This document shows, one piece after another, positions 10,322 to 21,480 of a stretch of DNA of 64,000 bases (within the stretch, counting starts at the first letter, position 1; the number at the start of each line of letters is the position of its first letter). This DNA is from Podarcis gaigeae (lineage: Eukaryota), in the NCBI GenBank assembly GCA_964106915.2, contig OZ066919.1; one strand, given 5' to 3'. The notes beneath the pieces are model-generated. The model was not told the DNA's origin, searched no databases, and saw only the letters and a list, made by a program, of their open reading frames with translations. A program made the position numbers and the translations under genes.

Positions 10322-12490
10322 CTATATTTAAATAATATTTATTACTTTTAAAGCTTACAAAAAGGGAAAAGAAGAGAAAAAAAGACAAGAGGGAAAAAAC
10401 AAAAGAGAGAAAAAACAATACAATACAATATAAAAACAATACAAAACACAACCTTAACACATTAAACTAAACACATTAAACTAAACTAAACAAAACCCTA
10501 ACCCTAACCCTAAACAAAACAAAACAAAAACAATTTAAAAACATACATCACACCTTTTCCATACTCTATCTTTCATTCCCTTGTTTCCTCGACCTCCTCT
10601 CACCTCCCTTTTTGTATTCCACTTCTATTAATTGTTTCAGCAAATCCTTTCCATCTTTCTCTATTTTCTATCATATTATAAATATCTTAATATATTTTTA
10701 ACCTTATTTTCCATTAAAACTAAAATACTTATATATGCTTAACTCCTTATAACATTTCTACTAAGGCCATAAAATTTCATTCCACCATTTTTCTATCACT
10801 CATTAATTTTACAGTATTTCTATATATAAACTTTAAATTTTCCAATCTTCTTCCACCATCTCCTCTCCCTGGTTTCGGATTCTGCCAGTCCTTTCTGTCA
10901 ATTACATATATTCCATCAACCTGGAGATCTTATATCCGAGGCTCTTAACTCTTTTCCAGGTCCCTTCTGCAGGTCTTCTTCATATTCTTTAATGCTAAAG
11001 AGCAGATCTCGGGAAGACTCCGACCTAACAATGCTTTTATTCCTTCTCGACAGGTCAGGCAAATTTCCATAGTTGAAGCTAAGATCCATAAAGTGTTTCA
11101 GGACATGTTTCAAGATTCCTCCAAATCCAAAGGCCCCCAGAACTTCAATCTCCTCCAGACCGAAGTCCATGTCCCAAAAGTCAGTTAATCCCTGCATAGA
11201 AGGATCTTTCCAACTTTCCTTCTTCAGTCCAAGCTGGGATCCGATCCTCAAAATCTGACTTTTTCTAGATTCAATCATAAAAGGCCTCAACTTATAGTCC
11301 TCAATTTGCTTCTGTAAGACTGAGGATCCCGCTTGTATTACTTTAGGTTCAACAACAACAGCTTTCTCCTTCTCCTCCACAATTTGTCCTGCCAAAGTAG
11401 ATTCCTGTACCAAGTCCTGAATTATTTCTGTGTTGGTGCTCACTTTTTGTCTCAAATTAATCACATTTTGTCCCAAGTTAACAATTTTAGTAGTCATATA
11501 ATCCGTCTTGTTGTGAAGCTGTTCCAGTGAATAGCTTATCTTACATAATACAGTCACTATGGCTTCTCCTGTCAACATTCTTAAATGGTCCAAGGTCAAT
11601 CCCTGGTTCTCACAATTTCTTATCTTGCAGCTGGAGATTCCCCAGTTCCACTCCTGTAACAGTTTCAAAAGCTCCCTCTAGAGGGATACAATCTCCACTT
11701 GTATCAATCCTTTCAAACACAACTCAAGCAATAAAGATAGTTTCAATTTTCAGTTACTTTTCCTCCTTTTTAAATGCAGAAGAGGACAATGGAAACAGTA
11801 TACTTCTCTTATTTAGTTAGCTGTCAAATACGTTCTGTTCACAGTCAATGAACTCTCCCAAAATATCACTCTTTCTAGCAGCCCGTTTCCAGGTTCAGAG
11901 TGGTGGTAATTTGATTTTTCACTCTCTCCTGCAGGCTCGCTAGGTTCAAAATTTCCCCCCTCTTCTCCTGCTTCCAAGGGGGGTTTGGTGATTTTAACCG
12001 ATGGAAATTTAATCCTTTACCAAAGGTTTTCCAAGACTTTAGCTTGTAACATCTTTGCTTCAATCTATTTACAAAAGAGGAAGGCGGACTTCCTGTTTAA
12101 AACCTTCCCATTTCGATGCCAAATTAAGATATTTAAAGATCCAATTTTCCGTTCTACTCATGGGTAGTTGTTTAAAGTCCAATTGTCCATAGGAAAAAGT
12201 CAGCGCTCTCCGGCAACAGCAATGCGCCTTCACTCCATGAAAAAAGCAGTCGATTTGAAGTACCACGCCACTCACCCCACGTCGCTCCGGATCCCCAAAA
12301 CAGGGTTTCCCCGCGAGTAGGGGAGGCGCAAAAGGTGCCAGCCGAATCCCAGGTTCACAGGCTTCTCCCGCCTGTGATTTCAGTGGGTCTCCGCCTTCGC
12401 CGTGGCGGTCAGACCCTGGTTTCCACGGAGCAAGTTCCTCCCGATCGGAGGAGCTCTGCCATTGCCGGAGGCGCCAACCCAGAAGTCGCC
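10322..12490 (-). mobile_element. Full-length non-autonomous L1-derived retroposon (HAL1-like, ORF1 only)
   Basis: Exact 16-bp TSD caaattgcatccaatc (10306-10321 and 12491-12506). CpG-rich 5' end about 12200-12490. One long coiled-coil ORF. Sequence at about 10800-10920 is homologous to the L1 ORF2 end at 37091-37222. AT-rich 3'UTR with AATAAA at 10338-10343. No RT or EN. Confidence 0.8.
10916..11578 (-). CDS. L1 ORF1p-like coiled-coil protein of the HAL1-like element (220 aa from first ATG; frame is open from 11668)
   Basis: Heptad pattern ISYSLEQLHNKTDYMTTKIVNLGQNVINLRQKVSTNTEIIQDLV, then IESRKSQILRIG, loosely resembling the L1 ORF1p coiled-coil/RRM junction. Position after the 5'UTR fits ORF1. 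Confidence 0.55.
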   Translation of the reverse strand: MLTGEAIVTVLCKISYSLEQLHNKTDYMTTKIVNLGQNVINLRQKVSTNTEIIQDLVQESTLAGQIVEEKEKAVVVEPKVIQAGSSVLQKQIEDYKLRPFMIESRKSQILRIGSQLGLKKESWKDPSMQGLTDFWDMDFGLEEIEVLGAFGFGGILKHVLKHFMDLSFNYGNLPDLSRRNKSIVRSESSRDLLFSIKEYEEDLQKGPGKELRASDIRSPG

Positions 12491-13677
12491 CAAATTGCAT
12501 CCAATCTTGTCAAAATGTAAAAGAATTACAGCTATGACAAAATAATAACAATAATAATAATGGAAAATACAACAGTTCAGCTGAAGAAAAGAAGTGAATT
12601 ATTTCCAGATAAGTGTGCACAGGAATGCAAGATAAGGTACCTTGAAGTGAATAGCAACTCGTTTCACACGCAGCAGCTGGCAAACTTTGCCTTCAACTGT
12701 TAAGCATGGTGACATATTTCTAAACAATCCCCACTTTACCAAATGGGCCACTGCTATTTGGAGTTTGGAAGAGAAACCACAGAGACATGTGCTGCTTTGT
12801 GATATCTGGTCTGATTCACAGATAGAGAACATAGATGGAGGCAACTGGCCTACACACTCCTACCAGGCAAAAGAGATGCTATCCATTAGAGAAATATACC
12901 TGCACCCTACCCCCAGATGCCTCCAGCTACAGCCCTCTGCCTGTGTCTTCTTGCTTCTTCCTGCCCCTGCAAAACACTGCTGCTTCTGTTGCCTCACACA
13001 CAGAGACTTTATGTCCATCTCCTCCTCCCAGCAAGGGTGAAGGGGAAAGGTTCACTGTTGGCCCCACCCATTCAAATCACTCCGAGTCCTTCAGCTATTT
13101 CCTGACCTTTTAAATTGGTTGGTAAACATCAGCTGCAAGGTTTAGGATAGGGTTGCCATATTTCAAAAACTTGAAAGTTGTTGAGCCAAGAAAAAGTGAC
13201 TTGCCTTTAGAAAATTCCTCCCCGATGTCAGTTCCGCCTTTGAAATCCCAGACGTATGGCAGCCCTGTTTAAAAATACAATATATACAGTAAGCAGAGCT
13301 TTCAGCAATCTGCAACAATGACAAGTGAAGACTCTATCAATACTGCTTAATTAATTTCTAGAAGCTCAGGTTCATATGTGTCTGAAAGGAATATCCTCTG
13401 ATCTAGAAATCTGCAGACTTTATCTGCGTACTAAATGTGGTTTAAATGCATTCTGATTTTGTTTGGGGGTGTTTTAAATGCTTCAAATAATCCTGGATTA
13501 AGCCTTGGCATTGAAACAAGATGCCAAAACTGAGCTTGGCACAGATTCCGCCATGCCCAGTAGCCATTCTTGGTGTGGGAATAAGGGTGTTGCAAGGAAC
13601 CAAAAGCATCCTTACTTTGATTTCTGAAATGCAGGGAGGTATGCAATTAATCAGCAACAGAAATCATGTGATCTAGT

Positions 13678-13696
13678 TTTGCCCTCTAGTGGCAGA
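13678..13696 (-). promoter_or_regulatory. Candidate CTCF site
   Basis: Minus strand reads TGCCACTAGAGGGCA, matching the CTCF core CCASYAGRKGGCR. Confidence 0.5.
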
Positions 13697-13871
13697 AACT
13701 TGGCACTTGCAGCAACATAGCAAACGCTTCAACATTGAGTTTGTTTCTTATATGCCACAACCCTACAAGTTAACATACCTACTCTTCAGCCTCTTTTTGA
13801 ACAGTACCACATGTCTGGGTTGCTGCCAGTGGAATTGTGTGTGTGTTCTCCCAACTGCGTCAACTGAAAGA

Positions 13872-14530
13872 TAGTGTCCTGGTCAAGGTAAGTAATAATA
13901 CCACTCTATTCTGCCTTGGTCAGACCACACCTGGAATACTGTGTCCAGTTCTGGGCACCACAATTTAAGAAGGATATTGACAAGCTGGAACGTGTGCAGA
14001 GGAAGACAACCAAGATGATCAAGGGTCTGAAAACCAAGCCTTATGAAGAACGGTTGAGGGAATTGGGTATGTTTAAGTCTGGATAAGACAGATATGAGAT
14101 ATGATAGGTAAAGGTAAAGGTACCCCTGCCCTTACGGGCCAGTCTTGCCAGACTCTAGGGTTGTGCGCTCATCTCACTCTATAGGCCGGGAGCCAGCGCT
14201 GTCCGCAGACACTTCCGGGTCACGTGGCCAGCGTGACAAGCTGCATCTGGCGAGCCAGCGCAGCACATGGAAAGCCGTTTACCTTCCCGCTGGTAAGCGG
14301 TCCCTATTTATCTACTTGCACCCAGAGGTGCTTTCGAACTGCTAGGTTGGCAGGCGCTGGGACCGAACGACGGGAGCACACCCCACCGTGGGGATTCGAA
14401 CCGCCGACCATGCGATCGGCAAATCCTAGGTGCTGAGGTTTTACCCACAGCGCCACCCGCGTCCCATGAGATACGATAGCTATCTTCAAATATCTAAAGG
14501 GTCATCACATAGAAGATGGAGCAAGCTTGA
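13872..14530 (+). mobile_element. CR1 LINE fragment (ORF2 3' region) interrupted by a Sauria SINE
   Basis: Encodes the typical CR1 motif [34 protein letters not shown] and resumes after 14466 (AIFKYLKG). Confidence 0.85.
14108..14465 (-). mobile_element. Sauria SINE (Squam1), full length
   Basis: On - strand begins GGGACGCGGGTGGCGCTGTGGGT, has box B GGTTCGAATCC and an (ACCTTT)n tail. 14-bp TSD atgagataYgatag. Confidence 0.9.
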
Positions 14531-15930
14531 AGACACTGTCTACTTTAGCTGGGCAGCTCCATCATGGGTCGCAGCACTGAATAAGTCAGTGAAATTATCT
14601 GTGCCTTGCCTCACTTCCTCTCCTTAAAGGAGGGAACTTACTGCTTCATCTCACCTTAGCTGGGCAATCTCAGCTGAGATGAAGTGGCCAGGGATAGAAA
14701 TGGAGGAGAAATAAAAGCAGCATTCAAAGGTGAAATTAGCACATTTGTATTTTATTTTATTTTACAATACAATACACAAACTGAAACACAGGCATCCTTC
14801 CAAATTTGCATGAATCTTGCAGTGCAGTTTCTCAGCCAAGTAGGTGTACATATGCCAGGGCAAAGTGGCCACCAAAAAGCCTATATAAGTAAAAACAACA
14901 TCCAAAACACAATATATTAAAGGATATTGCCTTGCAAAAATGTGCATATTAGTCCAAAGAGCATACCAAACTGTTTATTAGAAGAAATGTTCATTTTTAA
15001 AAAATATATATTACAGATATTTGCAGAAATGTTGAGAACTAAACAAATCAGTCTGAATGAAACAGGTTGCCTGGAAAATCCCCCCATCTTAACCCCAAGC
15101 ATGTTCACTAGGCCGAGTCTAAAATATCCCCTTTTCTCACCATTCCTGCCACAGGTTGGGGCTAGCTAATGTTTAGTTTTTCCCTCCCCACCTGCTGACT
15201 AAAAGGCCAGGAGGGCCTTGCTGAAAATCCTTTATAAACAGGTCATACCCTTTAACAGACAGGTTGATCCCATTATCCCTATAGAACTGAGCAGTTGAAA
15301 GCTTAATCCCTCCTGGAAGGGCAACAGGGGCTTCCCTAAATCCTGCTTAACTCTACATCTATCTCTGTCATCTTTCTTAGGGCACTGAACCCCTTTCCAA
15401 ACCCACCTAAGCAGCATTCCAAAGATAAATGACATTTTCAGTGCCCAAGTCCTTCCCACCTCTAGATTGTGGCCTCACCTGGTGGCTCATGGACAGTCTT
15501 GTCCTCAGGACTTTGGGGAAAGACCAGGTGACACAAGGTGGGCAGCAGTTGATTCTAAAACACCTGCCATCACCTCCCACTTCCACTCTGGCCCACTTGC
15601 CAAACCCCAGTTGCATTCCAGTTAGCGATGGATGAGCCTGTCAGTTTCAGTTCCTCTCATTTCCTCCTTTTTCCAATCTTAAATTCAGTTTGCCCAATTT
15701 CCTCAACAGTTTGCAAAAAAATAAAAATAAAGTCCTCACAAAAACCAATATTCATTTTCATACACATTTTTCCTAATAGTATATTTTTTGTACACAATTT
15801 TTCCTAATATAGCTATTTTTGCCTTCTGTTCCCTCTAACACAATGCATTTGGCAGTGATTTCATTAATATACACATTTTGTGGTCACTCTTTTCCCTAAT
15901 ATATACATTTTTGCACTGCTGTTGTTGCTA

Positions 15931-16134
15931 CAGTGGTAGCTCTAGTTATGAACTTAATTCATTCCGGAGGTCCGTTCTTAACCTGAAACGGTGCTTTTGC
16001 CAATGGGGCCTCTTGCTGCCACTGCACCACCAGCACACGATTTCTGTTCTCATCCTGGGGGGCAAAGTTCTCAACTCGAGGTAACTCTTCCAGCTTAGTG
16101 GAGTTTGTAACCTGAAGCATTCAAGGTACCACTG
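15931..16134 (+). mobile_element. Tigger/mariner-like MITE (family A)
   Basis: TA-CAGTGGTA...TACCACTG termini; interior similar to 26253-26494. Confidence 0.75.
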
Positions 16135-16194
16135 TGTTATTCTTTTAATCTTTGCCACTCCAGAAGATTGCCATAGTTGATAGTATTGAAGACC

Positions 16195-16345
16195 TCTGAG
16201 AAATCAAGGAAAAGTCACATGAACATACTCACTGTCTCTGTCTCCCAACAGAGGTCATCATGTAGGGTGACCAAGGCAGTTTTCATGCCAAAACCAGACC
16301 TAAACCCCAAATGAAATTGAACTAGAAAAACTGGATTCATCCAAG
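16195..16345 (-). mobile_element. L2 RT fragment, degenerate
   Basis: Translation FHLGFRSGFGMKTALVTLHDDL resembles the L2 RT motif QSGFRPGYGTETALVALVDDL. Confidence 0.6.
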
Positions 16346-16887
16346 AGCTGCCTGGTTGGAAAGCTGCATTGTGAAATTCAGAAACACGTGTATTTTGAAG
16401 GATAGCTGTGTTCACAAGTCAGGATGTGTGCATTCAAGAGGCTCACATTAAAACAGAAACTGAACAGATTTCCCCCCCACCCCAATTTTAGTGCTGGAGT
16501 GGCTTACACACTTGTTCACCCAAAAGACAATAGAATGGCCACATATGAAACCTGGTAGAAGCTGTCAGCAAACACTGGTTGAAGAGAACACAATGTTATC
16601 TTCTGTAATAAACAGAGGGCCATGTATCCTCACCTAGGCAACTCATGATGCTCTAGAGCTGTCTGGTTACCTCTTATGCCAAGATTATCATGGGCATAGG
16701 CTTTGGAAGGCTACACAGTCCCACCTGCCAATGCGTTTGATGCCCCACTCTCTAAGGTCTACCTGCTCTACTGAAGTGGTGGCCCAAGACTAGAAGGAAT
16801 GAGACCCCAAAACTATTTGGGCCAAGCATCTCAGCAACCAGGGCAGATTAGATAACTGCCCAAAACTGGTATCAGGTTAGAAGCCCG

Positions 16888-16934
<47 letters not shown>
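16888..16934. repeat. (TTTC)n microsatellite
   Basis: Direct reading. Confidence 0.95.
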
Positions 16935-16935
<1 letters not shown>

Positions 16936-17035
16936 TTGCTTTGCTCACCCAACTTGACTTTGTAAAGTTTGAGTGCTAGCACCAGGCTAAGGGGATCACA
17001 AATACTACACTTAAGTAGGATATTATTCCACCTGC

Positions 17036-17295
17036 TAGGGTTGCCATATTTCAAAAAGTAAAAGCCAGGACAAATTTAGGAGGACCCCTAAATTGTTGAG
17101 TTTTTTAAAGGAAGACATGAAAGTTGTTGAGCCTTTTGTTAAAACAAAAACGCCAAAAAGACACAATTTTTCAATTGACTTGCCTAAGAACCAGGACAAA
17201 GTGCCGCCTTTCAGAAATCCCCCCCCCCCCGGATGTCACTTCCGCCTTTGAAATCCTGGTAACGTCCAGGAAAATCTGGACATATAGCAGGCCTA
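17036..17295 (+). mobile_element. hAT (Blackjack-like) MITE; shorter relative at 13148-13267
   Basis: Both begin TAGGGTTGCCATATTTCAAAAA and share TTCCGCCTTTGAAATCC. Confidence 0.6.
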
Positions 17296-18937
17296 CCGCC
17301 TGCCCTTCTGATCTATGTTAAACTTATGGAGCTTTATAGAGATACTTCAGCTTTTAAGTATGGTGACAGCTGCCACTAAGGTGCTGTTTGATCTATCCCA
17401 CAAATATGCAAGGATGGCAGCAGCCGAAAATAAGACAGCCTCAAAGGCAAAATAGCAAAGACTGGGGAATTGCTATAACATAAACATCAAAACAACTGGT
17501 GTCACTGGTTGCCTCTTGTCAGGGCTTGGGGGCGGGGGGTGGGGGGCAACCCTGCAATAGTCCCCTTTGTCAAAAGTCCCCTGATGTTATCTATACAGCC
17601 TTCCAACTTAGCCTTAAAGACCACCCCTTCCTTGTGCTCCAACCAGATGTGTGCAAATCAGAAAAGCTTAAATAAAAAAAGAGGGAAACAGTGGGGTTGG
17701 TTCCAACAAACAGCCCATCTCAAGTGTGTTTACTTTGAAGTCTTGCTCACTTGAATGTGCTTGATCTCAAATAAGTGAGCACTGGGTGGCGACTGACAAA
17801 ATAGTCTCACACAGTTCATTTGGAAGTTGCAGAATCATCAGTGGCACTTATTTCCATGCCAGCTTAGGATGGATGTATTTAAAACTGAGGCATTTAAAAC
17901 ATTTCTCTTTTTTTAAAAAAAAGAAACCTGATCAGCCTTTGTTGCCATTAGGAACTTTTGTTACTTTCAATTAACGCAGGAATCTTTGTCAGGCACAATG
18001 TTGACAGGGAAGCAGCTGGGAACACAACAAACTCCCCCTTTCTCCATATGACTATCCCCTCCCCAACTTTAACAGAAAGAAACTAATTTGCATACAACAG
18101 TCATTAAAGGACTATTGTGCACTATTAGATCAGCTTAAATAAAAGGGGGCAATCTGGCTTGGGGGAGGAACACAAGGAGACTGAGTTGAGAGAGGACAGC
18201 TGCAAGAGACTTACTCAGGAGCAAGGGAAGCAGGCATCCACCTCACAGAAGCACTCACATGGGTATTTCAGACTTTACTCCAATGCGGGGGTGGCACATT
18301 TAAAGGAGGGAAGAGTCTGGGGCAGCACTGGGAAGAAAAGACCATTGTGTGGGTGCCCATACATTAATGGGGCCTGTGTGAATCCACATTTTGTTTTGTT
18401 GCCTCTTCCTCCAAGTACAGTTTCTTCTCTGTTTAGTGAAATTGCTTGCAATTCTTCGTTTCTGCCACTGGATGACAATGTTGCATTTCCAATGCATGTT
18501 CCTGCTCCACTAGAGAAATGGAGCTTCTCCCAGTATAGCTGTGTCCCTCTTTCTTAGCAGCAGAAACAAGAGTTTTATGTGCCTTAGAGGCTAAAAAAAA
18601 TGTAAAGTGGCACGAGCTCTTGTAGGCTGCTTCATAAGAAGCAGAGACACAGTAGGATGAGAAGGCCATTAAAATTAAATGGAATATGCCTGCTTTCTCT
18701 TAGTACTTTACTTGCCTCGCACTGGCCGTATCAAGCCCTATATTCCTGTTACGACAGAATGGAAAGGAGCTGGACCACTATTGGATACAACTTTGTTATA
18801 GATAGAGAACTGTGCAGTTGTGTTTTTTGTTTTTTGTTTTTAAAGATAATAGGAAGTGGACAGTAAAAGAAAACAGGGGGTGGATGGGTGAAGCACTGCC
18901 TAATCCTAAACTCCTGTCACTAATATGCCCCTTTATC

Positions 18938-19215
18938 CAGGCCTGGCCCACCCATGAGGCAGGCTGAAGCTGCAGCCCCCAAGTTCTCCACCACCAGTGG
19001 AGAAGCAGTGCTGATTTCTGGTAAGAGCTTGCAAGATCTCACTGAAACCTCGCAAGATCTTGCAGCGTGCATGAGATCTTGCAAGATTTCGGTGAGTTGT
19101 TGCAAAAAGATGGGCACCAATGCCAGTGCCTCTTCTCTGCCAGCGATGGTGGCGGCAGGGCAGGGCGGCACTTCCCGTTTTGCCTCAAGTGGCGAAACAG
19201 AATGCGCCAACCCTG
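18938..19215. mobile_element. hAT-type MITE, moderately diverged
   Basis: CAGG...CCCTG termini; 8-bp TSD cctttatc / cctttagc; internal GCAAGATCT palindromic motifs. Confidence 0.65.
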
Positions 19216-19848
19216 CCTTTAGCTCTTAAAATGGGAATGAAATTCAACCTGATTGGAGCAGATCTGTGCTTAAGTATACAAATCTGCTACTGTCATGCCT
19301 TACTTCATCCACTGATGAGATGGAAACTGCCCCATCTTTCCTTAAAACAGTTTGTTACTGGGAACAGAGCCATACCTAGGTGATCTTGCACCCCTGGCAG
19401 AACCACCCAGATTGTGCCCCATAGCCATGGACAAATTAGCTCTTCTTTCTGCCTCTCCTCCAACCCCCCCCCACACACACACACACACACTCCACACATT
19501 CAATTCACACTCTGTTTAAAACCATTTCTTATGAGGCAATAATCAATATTTATATTTATGGACACATTTTTAAGCTGGTTTTGTGCGCCTCAATCGTGCG
19601 CCCTGGCAGAGGCCCACCTCACCACCCCCTAGCTACAGCCCTGATTGTGAATGTAAAATCTATTAATGGACAAAATGCTTGTAGATTACGAAAGTTAGGT
19701 TTCTGGCTTCTATTCTATTTTACTAACAATAATTGGACATGCCCACAAACAGTGCTAGTAAGCCAGACAATTTAAGCATCACTTGTGAAAATTCCCTAAG
19801 ACTCTTCTCCGGGGGGGGGGGACACACACACGCACGCACATGTGTACA

Positions 19849-19886
<38 letters not shown>

Positions 19887-21344
19887 AACAATATGTTTTC
19901 ATATTGCCTTCTAAAGCATCTTGCCAGTCTCTTGCAGCACAAGCAACAAAGGCTCCTGACATACCTTAAAAACTAACCTTAGAAAGGCATGCACCAACCA
20001 GGAGTAAATGAGAGAAGTTAGTCTGTGCACCCCAGTGATGGTGAGCTGCAACGCTTGCAACAACAGGTTATGAAACCTGTGCTCCATTCACAAGGACAAG
20101 TCACCAAACCAATCAAAGGCTACAAGCAAGTACATAATGTGTCTGGAAACGCTGTGTAGACCCTTTCAGAAATGAAGGCATCAAGTTATTGCAGCTGGAT
20201 TAAGGAAGTCGGTGAGGTAAGAGATTGTCTGGCAGGGAAACTGGGGCAGGAAAACAAAAAAAAGTGGTGCGATGCAATCAAAGCCTGACCCATTTGCCAG
20301 GCCGCAGGTGTTCAGGACCGAAGTACCTAACAAAAGAAGGGAGACAGTGGTTGTGTGTTTTGAAAGAGACTAACTATGTAACCCCTGTCTCCCTCCTTTT
20401 GTCTGTAGTTGTGCTCCTCCAGCCTTGCCAACAGCATCTTAAGGGATCAGCTTTCAGCCTGACCCAAATTGTCATTTAAACAGGCCAGCAGCACCCACAT
20501 AAGCAGGGTGAACATATCTGCACACCTCCATCAAAGAGAGGCATGAGGTTGAGGGAGCACATACACAAATGATAGGGAAGGAAAGTCTTTAAAATTTGCT
20601 GGGTCTGTAAGCCAGTTTATTCTTTTATGCACATACATTTTGCCCAGTGAGGCCTTCTTTATTTTGCACACTTGTTCTTCCTCTCCATCCACTGCAGGAA
20701 TCCTAGGTATATTATGGCTGCTCTAAATGCCAGTGGGCAGCAGCGTCTACAATCCAGTTGGCTTGAGCTTGCTACCATATGCAGAACTGAGCCGTTTATG
20801 CGCTGCCATAAACCTCACCCAATGATTTGCTTCTGAACAGAGAAACCTTTCATTGGTTAGGTCTGTGCCCTCCAACCTAATCTATGCAGCTGCCAAAGGC
20901 CAGATTACACGATTGCCTCATGTCGCAGCAGCCGCAAGTTTTATTCACCCTACAATGCTGACTTTAGCCACACTGCCATGAATTAAGGCAGTCATGTGAC
21001 TGCTGACTGTCATGTGCAGAATGCTTTCTATAACCACTTTTAGTATTTTAACTGCCCTAAAAGCTGCGGTCGCAACTGGTTACAAAATCCACTGCACACA
21101 GAATTCTGTACATGCCTGCAGGCAATCACAGAACTGCCTTTGCCAGTGTGGCTAAAAAAAGAGAGTCTGCAGTGAGCAGATTAAATAAAAGTGCTCTAGG
21201 CTATGAAACTTTCATGTTAATGCATCTGAGCCTGCAAAGAGTTGGAATAACAGTTCTGAAATTTATTACTCAGTGCTATTTATTAAAATGCAATCATATT
21301 TTGACTAATATATAATGCTTTCTGGATCCTGGCAACATGTGTCA

Positions 21345-21480
21345 CATCCACATGATACATTAAAGCACATGGCTTCCCCCTGCCCCCCAAAAATCCTGTA
21401 GTTTGCTAAGGGTGCTGGGAATTATAGTTCCCTGGATACTTTGGAGAAAGCCGTGTTCTTTAAATATGTTGTGAATGTGT
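21345..21480. repeat. Old small palindromic MITE-like family (also about 5770-5945, 26815-27010, 48915-49040)
   Basis: Each has ttaaagcac...aatcctg..tagttt...gtgctttaaat inverted organisation. Confidence 0.5.
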
